NCBI GenBank assembly: GCA_965250955.1
Contig: CBDFQE010000001.1
Location: 506,545 to 570,544, forward strand
Origin: Amylibacter sp.
GTDB taxonomy: Bacteria; Pseudomonadota; Alphaproteobacteria; Rhodobacterales; Rhodobacteraceae
Direction of reading: 5' to 3'
DNA length: 64,000 bases
Part shown: one piece after another, positions 46,923 to 58,634 of the stretch
How the letters are laid out: every line of letters begins with the position of its first letter
How positions within the stretch are numbered: the stretch's first letter is position 1
Notes under the pieces: model-generated
Databases searched by the model: none
What the model was told of the DNA's origin: nothing
Seen by the model: the letters and a program-made list of their open reading frames with translations, nothing else
Translations under genes and position numbers: made by a program

Positions 46923-48281
46923 TTATGGGGATGCTAAGCACATATCCATAAGCTCTGAGAAATCAACTGCGTTTAAGGTGTCGAACTTTTCAGATAATTC
47001 TTCAATACGTTTGGCGCGTGTCGTGCCCAATACCGGGTCGGCGAAGCTGTGAAATTTATGGCTGATCTCAGCGTCACTTAACGGCAAGTCAGTGTCGCCA
47101 CGCGGGGTGCGCGGCGCGTCAGCATATTCAACACCATCCACATCGATAATCGTGACCTGCGCCCAGCGTTTGCCGACACTGATTTTGGTCAGATGTGGGT
47201 CGTCAATCAACTCGGTCGCGCGGCTGATACGCAAGATATCAGGGTCTTGCAGAGTGTCAGATGTCAGTTCATCAATACCAACTTGTCCGCGCACGATCAT
47301 TGCGGCCACGGGAAAGGCGATGGCATAGGTGAATTCGTCCGGTGACTGCGGCTCATGGCCCGCCAGCCGTGTGGCATTGTGGAAAGTTTTGATTTTAACC
47401 GCTTTGACACGATCGTGCGTCAGGTTGTTTTCCGTCATCAATTCCTGCACCGCATCCAGTGACGGATGCGCCCAACGACAGCAGGGGTAGGGCTTGTAAT
47501 GGGTGTGTTCAACCGTCAACCATTGATCCCCCAGACTATTCCAATAAGGTTCAGCATCTTTACCTTCGCAGGTCAGGGCAGGCGCACCCGTGAAACCTTC
47601 GCGTGCAAGATATGCCGCCGTTACACCGCTGGGTGCGCCCCAGCCAACACCGTCACGCAGCATAGTTGGAAAGTCGATGCAACGCATCATCTGGCTGCGC
47701 GGCCCGTGATATTCACCAATACCTGCGGCATGGCGAATTTCCTCACCATCACAGCCCAGCATTTTGGCACAAGCAGCGGCAACCCCGACGGCAGTCCATG
47801 CGCCTGAGGTGTGATAATCAGCGCAAGTCGCGTGTTGCACTTGGCCTGCGCGGTAGCAAACCTCATAAGCCACAGCCAGCCATGTTGCGAAATCTTTGCC
47901 TGTTACCAATGTGCCGTTAGTGCGCATGGTATCTGCCACAGCCAGTAATGCAGGAAAAATGGCTGATCCCGCATGGCCTTTATTAGGTGTGGTGCCATCA
48001 TGGGCGTCGATGCTGTCAACGGTAAAGGCCCCCGCCATTGCAGCCCCCGCAGGGCTAAGGCTGCGGCCATCCATTAACATGCGCGCGCCGCCTGCGGTGC
48101 CTGTGCCGAAAACTGCCAAGGCACCTTTGCGGGCAAGGTCTGAAAGCTCGGTAGTAGACCCGATTGCAGCAACCCCCATCGTATCCAGAAAACTGCGGCG
48201 CAAGACTTGTAGCAAAGGTTCGGGCAGGTCAGCATAAGTCAGGTTTTCGGCGAAGGTGGGCATGGAAAGGGTCATTGGCAT
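46923..48281 (-). CDS. MmgE/PrpD-family protein (2-methylcitrate dehydratase-like)
   Basis: About 450 aa with the PrpD-family pattern (FLDTMGVAAIGS, HAGSAIFPALLAVA, GAPSGVTAAYLA). Confidence 0.8.
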   Translation of the reverse strand: MPMTLSMPTFAENLTYADLPEPLLQVLRRSFLDTMGVAAIGSTTELSDLARKGALAVFGTGTAGGARMLMDGRSLSPAGAAMAGAFTVDSIDAHDGTTPNKGHAGSAIFPALLAVADTMRTNGTLVTGKDFATWLAVAYEVCYRAGQVQHATCADYHTSGAWTAVGVAAACAKMLGCDGEEIRHAAGIGEYHGPRSQMMRCIDFPTMLRDGVGWGAPSGVTAAYLAREGFTGAPALTCEGKDAEPYWNSLGDQWLTVEHTHYKPYPCCRWAHPSLDAVQELMTENNLTHDRVKAVKIKTFHNATRLAGHEPQSPDEFTYAIAFPVAAMIVRGQVGIDELTSDTLQDPDILRISRATELIDDPHLTKISVGKRWAQVTIIDVDGVEYADAPRTPRGDTDLPLSDAEISHKFHSFADPVLGTTRAKRIEELSEKFDTLNAVDFSELMDMCLASP

Positions 48282-49480
48282 TTTCCTATTTTCAGTGCGT
48301 TGCAGGCAGCCGCCATGCGTTTCAGGCCTTCGGTAATATTAGCTTCTGATGTGGCAATGGACATACGGAAATATGGGTCACAGAAAAACCCGGCACCCGG
48401 CACAATAACAACGCCTGCGTCCAATAGGTAAGAGGCCAAATCAGTTGATGTTTCAATTACTTTACCATCGGGGCGTTTGCGCCCTAACAACCCGCCGCAA
48501 TGGGGCATCAGATAAAACGCGCCTTCTGGTTTGCTAAGTTTTAGGCCGTCAATTTTTGCCAGCCCTTCAAGGGCGATATCGCGCCTGTTGCAGTAGGTAT
48601 CACACCATGTTGCCAAAAATTCCTGTGGCCCATCTAAGGCGGCAATGCTTGCGGCTTGACTGATTGAACACGGGCCACCGTTGATTTGGGATGAGATTTT
48701 ACGGATACCATCCATCCACCACTTTGGCCCGCCCGCATACCCAATGCGCCAACCCGTCATCGCGTACGCTTTTGACACACCGTTCACGGTCAAAATGTGG
48801 TCGCGCAAATCGGGGGCAACGGCAGCCAGTGTGGCAAAGCGGTTGTCGTCAAAAACGATATGTTCATAAAGGTCGTCAGAGATGACCAGAATGTTAGAAT
48901 GACGGCGCAGCACTTCGGCCAGTTCTTTAAGTGCTTTGGCAGAATAAACCGCCCCAGTGGGGTTGGATGGTGAGCACAACAGCAGCAACTTGGTTTTGGG
49001 CGTAATCGCGGTCTCCAACGTGGCGGCATTCAGCTTGAAGCCATCCTGATGTGTTGTCGCCACCATCACGGGGTTTGCATTGCAAACCTCGACCATTCCG
49101 ATATGTGATGGCCAAGCGGGCGTAGGGATGATCACTTCGTCGCCCGCATTCAATACAGCCTGCATTGCAGTAGCCAAAAGCGGCTTGGCCCCGGCACTGA
49201 TAACTATTTCAGCGGTGCTATAATTCAGATCATTATCTGTCTGAAATTTTCGTGCGATGGCTGCTTTCAGATTGGCTGTGCCGTCAACTGGGGTGTAGCG
49301 CGTTACACCCTGTTTAATCGCGTCTATACCCGCCGCACAGATATGTTCAGGTGTATCGAAATCAGGTTCGCCCACTGAAAAATCAATCAAATCGCGCCCC
49401 TCTGCACGCAACTTGGTTGCCTGATCGAAAATGGCTGAAATAGCGGAACCTTGGATTTTACTGATGGCGGTGGCAAGCAT
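48272..49480 (-). CDS. Class I/II pyridoxal-phosphate aminotransferase (aspartate aminotransferase-like)
   Basis: PLP-lysine region NGVSKAYAMTGWRIGY and SPSNPTG. Confidence 0.9.
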   Translation of the reverse strand: MLATAISKIQGSAISAIFDQATKLRAEGRDLIDFSVGEPDFDTPEHICAAGIDAIKQGVTRYTPVDGTANLKAAIARKFQTDNDLNYSTAEIVISAGAKPLLATAMQAVLNAGDEVIIPTPAWPSHIGMVEVCNANPVMVATTHQDGFKLNAATLETAITPKTKLLLLCSPSNPTGAVYSAKALKELAEVLRRHSNILVISDDLYEHIVFDDNRFATLAAVAPDLRDHILTVNGVSKAYAMTGWRIGYAGGPKWWMDGIRKISSQINGGPCSISQAASIAALDGPQEFLATWCDTYCNRRDIALEGLAKIDGLKLSKPEGAFYLMPHCGGLLGRKRPDGKVIETSTDLASYLLDAGVVIVPGAGFFCDPYFRMSIATSEANITEGLKRMAAACNALKIGKCQ

Positions 49481-49566
49481 GTTTGGCGTCCGTGAATAAG
49501 AATTGTTAAATCCACTATGCTCAATAAAATTGCGCCGACTAGTAAAAACACGACAATTATGCTCTG

Positions 49567-50022
49567 TTATTTGGTCTTAAACGGTTCCATACCCATCCGC
49601 GCCAATTCATCTGCGCGTTCATTCTCAACATGACCCGCGTGGCCCTTGATCCATTCCCAAGTGATTTGGTGCCGTTTGGTGGCTTCATCCAATCGCTGCC
49701 AAAGCTCGGTATTTTTAACGGGCTTCTTGGCGGCATTTCGCCACCCGTTTTTCTTCCAGCCATGTATCCATTTGGTAATGCCGTCTTTGACGTAGGAACT
49801 ATCGGTTACAATGGTGATCGTGCTGGCTTTCGCCAGGGTTTCCAACGCGCTGATTGCCGCCATCAGTTCCATCTGGTTATTGGTAGTGTCCGCCGCACCG
49901 CCGCTTAGTTCGCGTTCTTTGACGATGGCCTCGCCGTTGCGCGCCAGAAACAAAACCCCCCAACCGCCGGGGCCGGGATTGCCAGAACAAGCACCATCCG
50001 TGTAGGCAAATAATTCAGGCAT
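49567..50022 (-). CDS. rnhA: Ribonuclease HI
   Basis: ORF track 49567..50052. ATG 50022 ([22 protein letters not shown]) overlaps the upstream stop as ATGCCTGA. Confidence 0.95.
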   Translation of the reverse strand: MPELFAYTDGACSGNPGPGGWGVLFLARNGEAIVKERELSGGAADTTNNQMELMAAISALETLAKASTITIVTDSSYVKDGITKWIHGWKKNGWRNAAKKPVKNTELWQRLDEATKRHQITWEWIKGHAGHVENERADELARMGMEPFKTK

Positions 50023-50605
50023 GTGCGGTAATGATGATGAAAGGTTCGACATCGCCTGCCATGCCTTTCATGGCATCCTTGCGGCAAGTGACAATGGTAA
50101 AACCTGCATTTTTCATCAAGCCTTTCAATTCATCTTCTTCGTAATAGGTGTACATGCGGGCTAACTTATCGCGTATTTCACCTGTTCCCAGTTTCATACC
50201 AATATGAAAATACCCGCCTTTTTTCAGCGCGGTATGGGCTGCTTTCAAATGCTTTGCCATGCTGGATTTAGGGGCGTGCAACAGGCTGAAATTAGCCCAA
50301 AGACCATCATAGCGGGCCTTTTCATTCAAGTCATCGAATGTTGCCTGTTTGACATTTAAACCAAGTTCGACACGCGCCAGCTCCACCATTTTTTCAGAAG
50401 CATCAATCGCTTCAGCCACCAACCCTGCCGTTTGCATCATTGCCGCAGAATTGCCAGGGCCGCAGCCCCAATCCAGAACCCGCCCACCCTTCGGGACGGC
50501 GTCAATAAACCGTTGCAAATCTTTGTCAGGCGTGTCGCGGCTGACAAATTTCACGTAATCGCCAGCTGTCGCATTGTAAGTTTTAATGGTTTCTTGATCA
50601 GCCAT
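50015..50605 (-). CDS. Class I SAM-dependent methyltransferase
   Basis: Motif [11 protein letters not shown]. Confidence 0.8.
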   Translation of the reverse strand: MADQETIKTYNATAGDYVKFVSRDTPDKDLQRFIDAVPKGGRVLDWGCGPGNSAAMMQTAGLVAEAIDASEKMVELARVELGLNVKQATFDDLNEKARYDGLWANFSLLHAPKSSMAKHLKAAHTALKKGGYFHIGMKLGTGEIRDKLARMYTYYEEDELKGLMKNAGFTIVTCRKDAMKGMAGDVEPFIIITAHA

Positions 50606-50607
50606 AA

Positions 50608-51555
50608 TTATTCCACTTCTCGTAAAACGCGCGGTACTTTAAATTCGACATTCTCCACAGCAGTTTCAACAATTTTTGTGGTGATATCATAGCGGTCTTT
50701 GAATGCGTCGATCACCTCGTTTATCAACACCTCTGGGGCAGATGCCCCTGCTGTGATGCCAACGGATTTCACCCCGTCCATTGCGCGCCAGTCAATATCT
50801 TTGGCACGTTGTACCAGTTGCGAATATTTGCATCCTGCATTTGCTCCAACTTCGACTAACCGTTTCGAATTTGATGAATTAGGTGCGCCAATTACCAAAA
50901 GTGCGTCAATATCTTTGGCCACTGCTTTGACAGCTTCCTGACGGTTGGTGGTTGCATAACAGATATCTTCTTTGTGCGGGCCGATGATGTTTGGAAACCG
51001 CGCATGCAAGGCTTTGACGATTTCAATGGTGTCATCAACGCTCAGCGTGGTTTGGGTGATGAAGGCCAGTTTGGCAGGGTCTCGCGGTTTCAGTTTGGTC
51101 ACGTCTGCGGGGGTTTCGACCAGCAAAACCTCGCCTTCTGGCAGTTGTCCCATCGTACCGATGGTTTCGGGATGGCCGGCATGGCCGATCATCACCATTT
51201 GCATCCCGTTTTGATGGTGGCGTTCTGCTTCGATGTGAACCTTGGATACCAGCGGGCAGGTGGCGTCCACATAAATCATGTTACGTGCTTCGGCTTTTGC
51301 GGGTACAGATTTTGGCACGCCGTGGGCCGAAAAAATCACGGGGCGGTCAAGCGGGCATTCATCCAATTCTTCAACAAAAATTGCCCCTTTGGCCCGCAAC
51401 CCATCAACGACATATCTATTGTGAACGATCTCGTGTCGCACATAAACAGGTGCACCCCACTTTTCGATTGCCATCTCGACGATTTTTATTGCGCGATCAA
51501 CGCCAGCACAAAAGCCGCGTGGCGCAGCAAGATAAAGGGTGAGTTTTTGTTTCAT
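50608..51555 (-). CDS. ispH: 4-hydroxy-3-methylbut-2-enyl diphosphate reductase
   Basis: ORF track 50608..51597. Start trimmed to ATG 51555. Motifs [18 protein letters not shown] and SAHGV. Confidence 0.95.
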   Translation of the reverse strand: MKQKLTLYLAAPRGFCAGVDRAIKIVEMAIEKWGAPVYVRHEIVHNRYVVDGLRAKGAIFVEELDECPLDRPVIFSAHGVPKSVPAKAEARNMIYVDATCPLVSKVHIEAERHHQNGMQMVMIGHAGHPETIGTMGQLPEGEVLLVETPADVTKLKPRDPAKLAFITQTTLSVDDTIEIVKALHARFPNIIGPHKEDICYATTNRQEAVKAVAKDIDALLVIGAPNSSNSKRLVEVGANAGCKYSQLVQRAKDIDWRAMDGVKSVGITAGASAPEVLINEVIDAFKDRYDITTKIVETAVENVEFKVPRVLREVE

Positions 51556-51621
51556 GGATTTGATATGACACAGTTCCCAAAAAGTTTTAAGCCCCAAACG
51601 CTGTGGTTCGGGGCTTGAAGT

Positions 51622-52200
51622 TTATTCGGCTGTTTCAGGTTCTAGCGTAGGTGCATTAAATTCATCATCCGGGCGCGGTGGCCGGCCCACAACATCGCGT
51701 AATTCATCAAGCTCGATAAAGTTGTCAGCCTGACGGCGTAGGTCATCTGAAATCATCGGCGGTTGAGAACGAATAGTGGAAACCACAGAAACACGCACAC
51801 CTTGGCGTTGTAGCGATTCGACTAATGGCCGATAATCGCCGTCGCCGGAAAAAATCACCATGTGATCTACATGTGGCGCCAATTCCATCGCATTCACGGC
51901 CAATTCAATGTCCATGTTGCCTTTGACTTTTTTGCGGCCCATAGAATCAGTGTATTCCTTGGCGGGTTTTGTCACCATCGTGAAACCGTTGTAATTCAAC
52001 CAGTCCACCAAAGGGCGGATCGGTGAATATTCATCGTTTTCAAGAAGAGCTGTATAGTAAAACGCACGCAGCAATTTGCCACGGCGCATAAACTCTGTTC
52101 GCAACAGCTTGTAATCTATATCAAAACCAAGCGACTTCGCTGCAGCATATAGATTTGAGCCATCAATAAAAAGAGCGAGGCGTTCGTCACGGTAAAACAT
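51622..52200 (-). CDS. NYN-domain (LabA-like) protein
   Basis: ALFIDGSNLY...MDIELAVNAM...VIFSGDGDYRPLV. Confidence 0.8.
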   Translation of the reverse strand: MFYRDERLALFIDGSNLYAAAKSLGFDIDYKLLRTEFMRRGKLLRAFYYTALLENDEYSPIRPLVDWLNYNGFTMVTKPAKEYTDSMGRKKVKGNMDIELAVNAMELAPHVDHMVIFSGDGDYRPLVESLQRQGVRVSVVSTIRSQPPMISDDLRRQADNFIELDELRDVVGRPPRPDDEFNAPTLEPETAE

Positions 52201-52303
52201 AAGGTTTCCCTTTTTAAATTAATTTCGTAGTTTTATTCAGCCGATAAACTAAGTTTTGCGTGTGTCCAAAGACTGAATTGCGTGAACATAGGATAAATTA
52301 TAC

Positions 52304-52900
52304 ATGCATCAAGTTAAAAATGACAGAACTAACCAAAAGACAGTGTATTTGGCGTTTGGAACGAATGAATGCAAGCATTCTGAGCGTGTTCATGAAGTAA
52401 TTAATGCGTCTTATGATTTATTACAGGATAAATACTTGAGAATCCTTAAATCCAGCCAGTTTTATAAAACACCTGCATTTCCTGCAGGCAACGGGCCAGA
52501 TTATGTAAATTCGGTCATTATTGCGCAAACTTCATTAAATCCGGATGATTTATTAAGCACTATACACGATGTAGAAAAACAACTGGGGCGTGTGCGTAAA
52601 AAGCGTTGGGGGGCGCGGGTTATTGATATTGATTTATTGGATTATCAGGGGCAGGTCTTACCGACACGATCAATATACCAAAAATGGCGCGATATGCCAC
52701 TTGAATTGCAAAAAACCACTTGGCCTGATGATTTGATTTTGCCCCATCCACGCCTTCAGGATAGGGGCTTTGTTTTAGTGCCGTTAATGGCTGTGGCCCC
52801 TGATTGGGTACATCCAGTAACGGGCGAAAAAATTGATACGCTTATTGCGCAAATCGACGATGAAGAATTGAAACAAATCGTGCAGTTGCCCAGTGGTTAA
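52304..52900 (+). CDS. folK: 2-amino-4-hydroxy-6-hydroxymethyldihydropteridine diphosphokinase
   Basis: RWGARVIDIDLL and LPHPRLQDRGFVLVPL. Confidence 0.9.
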   Translation: MHQVKNDRTNQKTVYLAFGTNECKHSERVHEVINASYDLLQDKYLRILKSSQFYKTPAFPAGNGPDYVNSVIIAQTSLNPDDLLSTIHDVEKQLGRVRKKRWGARVIDIDLLDYQGQVLPTRSIYQKWRDMPLELQKTTWPDDLILPHPRLQDRGFVLVPLMAVAPDWVHPVTGEKIDTLIAQIDDEELKQIVQLPSG

Positions 52901-52981
52901 AACTCTATCAATTCCCCTTGCCATTATTATCGAAAAGGCGTAATGACCCGTTTCATTCATACCGTTTTCGGAGTTACCCCC

Positions 52982-53332
52982 ATGGCACGTGTCACCGTAG
53001 AAGATTGCGTCGATAAAGTTGATAATCAGTTTGACCTGGTTTTACTGGCTGCACACCGTGCGCGCGAACTGTCCGCAGGTGCTGAACTTACTGTGCCACG
53101 CGACAATGATAAAAACCCAGTTGTGGCCCTTCGTGAAATCGCCGAAGAAACTATGACGGCTGATTATCTGATGGAAGCCGCGATTGAAAGCCACCAGACA
53201 CAAATCGAAGTGGATGAACCAGAAGAAGATCAAATGGCATTGCTGATGGGCGAAGAACCGGATCAAGCCGAAGATGATATGTCAGAAGAAAACCTGCTGC
53301 GCGCTTTGATGGAAGCTCAGGAAGTGAAATAA
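52982..53332 (+). CDS. rpoZ: DNA-directed RNA polymerase subunit omega
   Basis: ORF track 52943..53332. Start trimmed to ATG 52982 (GGAG RBS). Sequence [30 protein letters not shown]. Confidence 0.95.
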   Translation: MARVTVEDCVDKVDNQFDLVLLAAHRARELSAGAELTVPRDNDKNPVVALREIAEETMTADYLMEAAIESHQTQIEVDEPEEDQMALLMGEEPDQAEDDMSEENLLRALMEAQEVK

Positions 53333-53389
53333 GGACAAGTTGCCAAGGGCAACCTTGGCACGGCACCTAGCATAAGGCCTCGCCGAATT

Positions 53390-55531
53390 ATGATCCCCGT
53401 TGAAGAACTTGTAGATCACGTCCGCACGTACAATCCCAATAGCAATGCCAAACTTATTACCCAAGCGTATGAGTACGGCAAAGAAATGCACGATGGCCAG
53501 ACCCGCCATTCGGGCGAACCCTATTTCACCCACCCCATTGAAGTGGCCCTTTTACTGGCGCAGCAAAATCTGGACGATTCCACGATTATCACCGCCCTTT
53601 TGCATGATGTGATCGAAGACACGCAGGCAACTTATAGACAAGTGGCCCAAAAATTCGGGGTAGGGGTGGCGCAGCTTGTTGATGGGGTGACCAAGCTGAC
53701 CAACCTTGAATTATCCTCAAACGATGCAAAGCAGGCCGAAAATGTGCGCAAGTTGCTGCTGGCGATGTCCAAAGATGTGCGGGTTATCCTAGTAAAACTG
53801 GGCGACCGTTTGCACAACATGCGCACGATCAAGCATATGCGACCTGAAAAACAGCTGCAAAAAGCCCGCGAAACAATGGATATTTTTGCGCCACTTGCGG
53901 GCCGTATGGGCATGCAATGGATGCGTGATGAATTGGAAGACCTGTCATTTCGGGTATTGAACCCCGAAGGGCGCAATTCAATCATGCGCCGTTTCTTGAC
54001 TTTGCGCAGTCAAACCGAAGATGTCATTCCTAAAATCACCCAGGATATCCGGGATGTTCTGATCAAAGCGGGTATTGAAGCAGAAGTGGTTGGGCGTGAA
54101 AAAAAACCCTATTCGGTTTGGCGTAAAATGCAGGAAAAAGGCGAAGGTTTTTCACGGCTCAGTGACATATATGCGTTTCGCATTCTGACCACTAATGAAG
54201 AAGATATTTATAGAACTTTGGGGGCGGTTCATAACCGTTGGACTGCAGTGCCCGGGCGTTTCAAAGATTACTTAAGCCAACCAAAATCGAACGGGTATCG
54301 TTCGGTTCACACAACGGTTTCAGGGCGTGACGGCAAGCGTGTGGAAATCCAGATCCGCACACGTCTTATGCATGAAGTGGCCGAAACAGGTGTTGCCGCA
54401 CACTGGTCATATAAAGATGGCCAACGGGTTGAAAACCCGTTTGCAGTAGACCCGTTTACATGGCTGGCCTCCCTTACCGAACGTTTCGGTAATTCCGACG
54501 ATCAGGATCATGAAGAATTTCTGGAACATGTGAAACTGGATATGTTCGCAGATCAGGTGTTCTGTTTCACGCCCAAAGGTGAAGTAATCCAACTGCCGCG
54601 CGGGGCTACACCAATAGATTTTGCCTACGCCATCCACACCCGCATCGGGGCGGCGTGTGTTGGGGCAAAAGTTGATGGTCGCCGTGTGCCGCTTTGGACG
54701 CGCCTGCGTAATGGTCAGTCTGTGGAAATTACTACCGCCGAAGGCCAACGCCCGCAATCCAGCTGGATTGATATTGCGGTGACAGGCCGTGCAAAATCTG
54801 CGATCAGGCGGGCTTTGCGTGAAGAACATCGCGATGGCTATGTCCGCCTTGGCACAGAATTGGCCCGTGTGGCTTTGGAACATGTCGGTAAAAAATCTAC
54901 GGATAAGGCTTTGACGACAGCCGCTAAAAAACTGGGCCTTAAAAACAAAGACGCTTTGCTTGCCCGTTTGGGCAGTGCAGAAATGACAGGTTCTGATCTG
55001 GTAGGCGCACTTTATCCAGAACTGTTGTCAAAAGATGCAACAAATGCAGATCAACCTATTGCTGAAATTGTGGGCCTCGACCCCGGCCAATACGCGCAAC
55101 CCGGCCAATGTTGCCAACCTTTGCCGGGCGAACGTATCGTGGGGATTGCAACACGCGGCAAAGGGGTGACATTTCACACCATCCACTGCGAAAAACTGGC
55201 GCAATATGAAGACCAGACAAACCGCTGGATTGATCTGCATTGGACCCAAGGGCGCAATGAGCCGACCAATAATGTGACCGTAGAAGTGACAATGGCAAAC
55301 GATGCAGGTGTATTAGGGCGAATATGTACCTTGATCGGTGAGCAAAATGCCAATATTGCTGACTTACAGTTTACCGAACGAAAGCCTGATTTTTACCGGA
55401 TGACGATTGAAATACAGGTACGTGATGTGGAACATCTGCATCACGTAATGACAGCTGTAGAGGCGGATTCTGATGTGGCACGTGTGATACGCACACGGCA
55501 AAAGACACATCTGCAAGATGGAGTAAAATAA
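53390..55531 (+). CDS. spoT: Bifunctional (p)ppGpp synthetase/hydrolase (RSH)
   Basis: HD domain (HDVIEDT), synthetase region (YRSVHTTV), and TGS and ACT-like C-terminal domains. Confidence 0.95.
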   Translation: MIPVEELVDHVRTYNPNSNAKLITQAYEYGKEMHDGQTRHSGEPYFTHPIEVALLLAQQNLDDSTIITALLHDVIEDTQATYRQVAQKFGVGVAQLVDGVTKLTNLELSSNDAKQAENVRKLLLAMSKDVRVILVKLGDRLHNMRTIKHMRPEKQLQKARETMDIFAPLAGRMGMQWMRDELEDLSFRVLNPEGRNSIMRRFLTLRSQTEDVIPKITQDIRDVLIKAGIEAEVVGREKKPYSVWRKMQEKGEGFSRLSDIYAFRILTTNEEDIYRTLGAVHNRWTAVPGRFKDYLSQPKSNGYRSVHTTVSGRDGKRVEIQIRTRLMHEVAETGVAAHWSYKDGQRVENPFAVDPFTWLASLTERFGNSDDQDHEEFLEHVKLDMFADQVFCFTPKGEVIQLPRGATPIDFAYAIHTRIGAACVGAKVDGRRVPLWTRLRNGQSVEITTAEGQRPQSSWIDIAVTGRAKSAIRRALREEHRDGYVRLGTELARVALEHVGKKSTDKALTTAAKKLGLKNKDALLARLGSAEMTGSDLVGALYPELLSKDATNADQPIAEIVGLDPGQYAQPGQCCQPLPGERIVGIATRGKGVTFHTIHCEKLAQYEDQTNRWIDLHWTQGRNEPTNNVTVEVTMANDAGVLGRICTLIGEQNANIADLQFTERKPDFYRMTIEIQVRDVEHLHHVMTAVEADSDVARVIRTRQKTHLQDGVK

Positions 55532-55533
55532 GC

Positions 55534-56166
55534 GTGGTTTTCAAGCGCAGAGATAAACAATCGTACTGGCAGTGGATCGTCGAGTTTATGTACCCCCGCA
55601 AAGGTTGGCGGCGTGGTATGGATTATCTCAGCCACCGCTTAAAACGCTTGCCCGACACCCCGCATAAAATTGCTATGGGTATTGCGTGTGGTGTGTTCGT
55701 AACATTTACACCACTTTTCGGGCTTCACTTCTTTGCGGCATGGTTTCTGGCACTGGTTCTTCGCGGCAATGTCTTTGCCGCACTCTTGGGAACATTTGTC
55801 GGCAACCCCATCACATTCCCGATTATTGCCGCCGTAAGCTTTAAACTGGGATCACGTATTTTAGGGCTGGGCCACGAAAAAACCGCATGGACAACAATAC
55901 GCGACGGGTTTGAACACGCTTTCACAGCAACTTGGGCCAATGTGAAATCCGTCTTTGGGTACGGGCCAAGCACATGGGATGGTATCAAAGAGTTCGGCTA
56001 TGAGGTGTTCTTGCCATATTTTGTCGGCGGCATCATCCCGGGCATCATCACAGCCACGATTTTTTACGTTTTTTCCAAACCTCTTATTGCCAGTTACCAA
56101 AAACGGCGTAGGCTGAGGTTGGAAAAACGCCGTGCGCGGAAACTGGCAGAACAAAAACTGCCATAA
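55534..56166 (+). CDS. DUF2062-domain membrane protein
   Basis: Pattern PHKIAMGIACGVFVTFTPLFGLHFFAAWFLALVLRGN. Confidence 0.7.
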   Translation: MVFKRRDKQSYWQWIVEFMYPRKGWRRGMDYLSHRLKRLPDTPHKIAMGIACGVFVTFTPLFGLHFFAAWFLALVLRGNVFAALLGTFVGNPITFPIIAAVSFKLGSRILGLGHEKTAWTTIRDGFEHAFTATWANVKSVFGYGPSTWDGIKEFGYEVFLPYFVGGIIPGIITATIFYVFSKPLIASYQKRRRLRLEKRRARKLAEQKLP

Positions 56167-56208
56167 CACATGGCGGTTCCGTATCGTTAGTTAAAGGGCT
56201 GTGACACT

Positions 56209-56961
56209 ATGGAAGATAATCAAAATAAATTACGCCTTGGCGTAAATATTGATCACGTGGCCACTGTGCGCAATGCGCGCGGTGGGGCTTATCCTGATCC
56301 GCTACGTGCTGCATTGCTGGCGGAAAAAGCAGGGGCCGACGGGATCACCGCACACCTGCGCGAAGATCGCCGCCACATTACGGATACGGATATTGAGGCG
56401 CTAATGGACGGGCTAAGCGTGCCGTTGAACTTTGAGATGGCCGCAACCGAAGAAATGCAAAAAATCGCTTTGCGCCACAAACCGCACGCGGTTTGTATCG
56501 TGCCTGAAAAACGCGAAGAGCGCACAACCGAGGGCGGCTTGAACGTGGCACGTGAAGAAAACAAACTAGCCCACTTCATCGCCCCTTTGCGCGATGCAGG
56601 GTGCCGCGTGTCGATCTTTATTGCCGCTGAAATGAAACAGGTCGAAGCCGCCCACCGTATTGGTGCCGATATTATCGAACTTCACGTTGGGCCCTATTGC
56701 GATGCCTTCACCGAAGGCCGCTTTGATGTCAGTGATGTAGAACTGGAACGCCTGCGCGAAATGGCTGTCATTGCCCATGAATTGGGGTTGGAAGTACATG
56801 CAGGCCACGGGATTACCTATGACACGGTCAAACCGATTGCCGAATTTCCTGAGGTGATGGAACTGAACATCGGCCATTTCCTGATCGGTGAAGCGATCTT
56901 TGACGGGTTGGAAAATGCGATTGGGAAAATGCGTAATTTGATGGATGGGGCGCGATCATGA
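56209..56961 (+). CDS. pdxJ: Pyridoxine 5'-phosphate synthase
   Basis: LGVNIDHVATVRNARG, HLREDRRHI and ELHVG. Confidence 0.95.
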   Translation: MEDNQNKLRLGVNIDHVATVRNARGGAYPDPLRAALLAEKAGADGITAHLREDRRHITDTDIEALMDGLSVPLNFEMAATEEMQKIALRHKPHAVCIVPEKREERTTEGGLNVAREENKLAHFIAPLRDAGCRVSIFIAAEMKQVEAAHRIGADIIELHVGPYCDAFTEGRFDVSDVELERLREMAVIAHELGLEVHAGHGITYDTVKPIAEFPEVMELNIGHFLIGEAIFDGLENAIGKMRNLMDGARS

Positions 56962-57401
56962 AAACCCTGTACGCATTAGGTCTTATGCTTTGCGCAAATA
57001 CTGCGATTGCGCAACAAGTGATCGATTGTGATTGGCATGTTGCTATGCCGGGCATCGTAGAACCATGGGAAGAAAACAGTCGCGTGTTTGCAAACGGGGC
57101 CGTGCGCTTGACTTTAGTTGATACAAGTGAACCCGCTGCGGGTTCATTTCACATTGTGGTTATGTCACCGCCGGACGATGGGTTTGGCGGGCGGATGTGC
57201 AAAGTTGTTAGTGCCTCTGAAACAGTTGGATTCTCATATGTGGATTTCAAGAAATTAAAGTCAGCGTATGATGCCAGAGTGGGCCTGGCCTTTGTTGTGC
57301 CTGTGCGGGTATATAATGGCCAAAATGATGCGTTTGAGCCTAAAAAATTAGCGTTTTCGCTTAATCAAACCACGGGCGAGATTATGGTTTCTTACCCGTG
57401 A
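56958..57401 (+). CDS. Hypothetical secreted protein (147 aa)
   Basis: Signal peptide [18 protein letters not shown]. 4-nt overlaps with both pdxJ and acpS. No motif recognised. Confidence 0.5.
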   Translation: MKTLYALGLMLCANTAIAQQVIDCDWHVAMPGIVEPWEENSRVFANGAVRLTLVDTSEPAAGSFHIVVMSPPDDGFGGRMCKVVSASETVGFSYVDFKKLKSAYDARVGLAFVVPVRVYNGQNDAFEPKKLAFSLNQTTGEIMVSYP

Positions 57402-57799
57402 TCATCGGCATCGGCACAGACCTTGCAAATATCGACCGTATCCAAGGTACGCTTGACCGCTTTGGCGAACGTTTCAAGAACCGTGTTTTCACAAAAATAG
57501 AACAGGCGAAATCTGAACGCCGCAAAGATGTGGCAGGCACTTACGCCAAACGCTGGGCCGCGAAAGAAGCCTGTTCAAAAGCGCTGGGTACAGGGCTTGC
57601 TATGGGGATCGCGTGGAAAGATATGGGCGTAAAGAATATGCGCACGGGCCAACCAACAATGGAACTGACGGGTTGGGCTGCGGAACGTTTGGTAAAACTG
57701 ACCCCCAAAGGCCACGAAGCCTTTGTTCACGTAACATTGACCGATGATCACCCATGGGCGCAGGCTTTTGTCGTGATAGAAGCGCGCCCCATCGCTTGA
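57398..57799 (+). CDS. acpS: Holo-[acyl-carrier-protein] synthase
   Basis: MIIGIGTDL...[15 protein letters not shown]. Confidence 0.9.
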   Translation: MIIGIGTDLANIDRIQGTLDRFGERFKNRVFTKIEQAKSERRKDVAGTYAKRWAAKEACSKALGTGLAMGIAWKDMGVKNMRTGQPTMELTGWAAERLVKLTPKGHEAFVHVTLTDDHPWAQAFVVIEARPIA

Positions 57800-57851
57800 C
57801 TATAGTGCAAGCACACGCCATGTAGCGATCAAGCTTTAAGGAATATCAATA

Positions 57852-58634
57852 ATGGCAAACAATAACCCGGACGGCATCGGTGAAACAATCAAGACAGTTG
57901 TCTATGCATTGCTGATTGCAGGTCTCATCAGAACCCTGTTTTTCCAGCCGTTCTGGATCCCGTCAGGGTCAATGAAATCCACACTTCTGATCGGCGATTT
58001 TATGTTTGTGAATAAAATGGCTTACGGCTATTCAAAACATTCCTGCCCGTTTTCAATGTGCCCGTTTTCAGGGCGTATTTTTGCCAGTGAGCCAGAACGC
58101 GGCGACATTATTGTTTTCAAACATCCCACGTCTAAAGTGGATTACATTAAACGCTTGATCGGCCTGCCGGGCGATACAATCCAAGTCAAACAAGGGCAGT
58201 TGTCTTTGAACGGCAAAGAAGTGCCAATGGAACGTGACGGTGTGTTCACCGAAACATATGCAGCCCAAGGGCCGTTGAAAAGAACACCGCGTTGCAGCAA
58301 TGGCTTGGTTCCGTTGGGCGGCACTTGTGAAAAAGAGCGCTTCATTGAAACACTTCCAAATGGTGTGAAGCATACGATTTTAAATATCAGAGATGGTTCA
58401 GGTGATAACACTTTCCTCTACACGGTTCCCGAAGGTCATTATTTCTTTATGGGCGATAACCGTGACAATTCTGTCGATAGCCGTTTTGCCCAAGGCTCTG
58501 GTGGCGGCGTTGGATTTGTGCCTACCGAATTGCTGGTAGGGCGCGCTGACCGCGTGATATTCTCATCTGCCGGTTCCAGAATGTTGTATTTCTGGACGTG
58601 GCGTTCAGATCGTTTTTTCAAGAGGCTTGAGTGA
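57852..58634 (+). CDS. lepB: Signal peptidase I
   Basis: [30 protein letters not shown] and [11 protein letters not shown]. Confidence 0.95.
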   Translation: MANNNPDGIGETIKTVVYALLIAGLIRTLFFQPFWIPSGSMKSTLLIGDFMFVNKMAYGYSKHSCPFSMCPFSGRIFASEPERGDIIVFKHPTSKVDYIKRLIGLPGDTIQVKQGQLSLNGKEVPMERDGVFTETYAAQGPLKRTPRCSNGLVPLGGTCEKERFIETLPNGVKHTILNIRDGSGDNTFLYTVPEGHYFFMGDNRDNSVDSRFAQGSGGGVGFVPTELLVGRADRVIFSSAGSRMLYFWTWRSDRFFKRLE

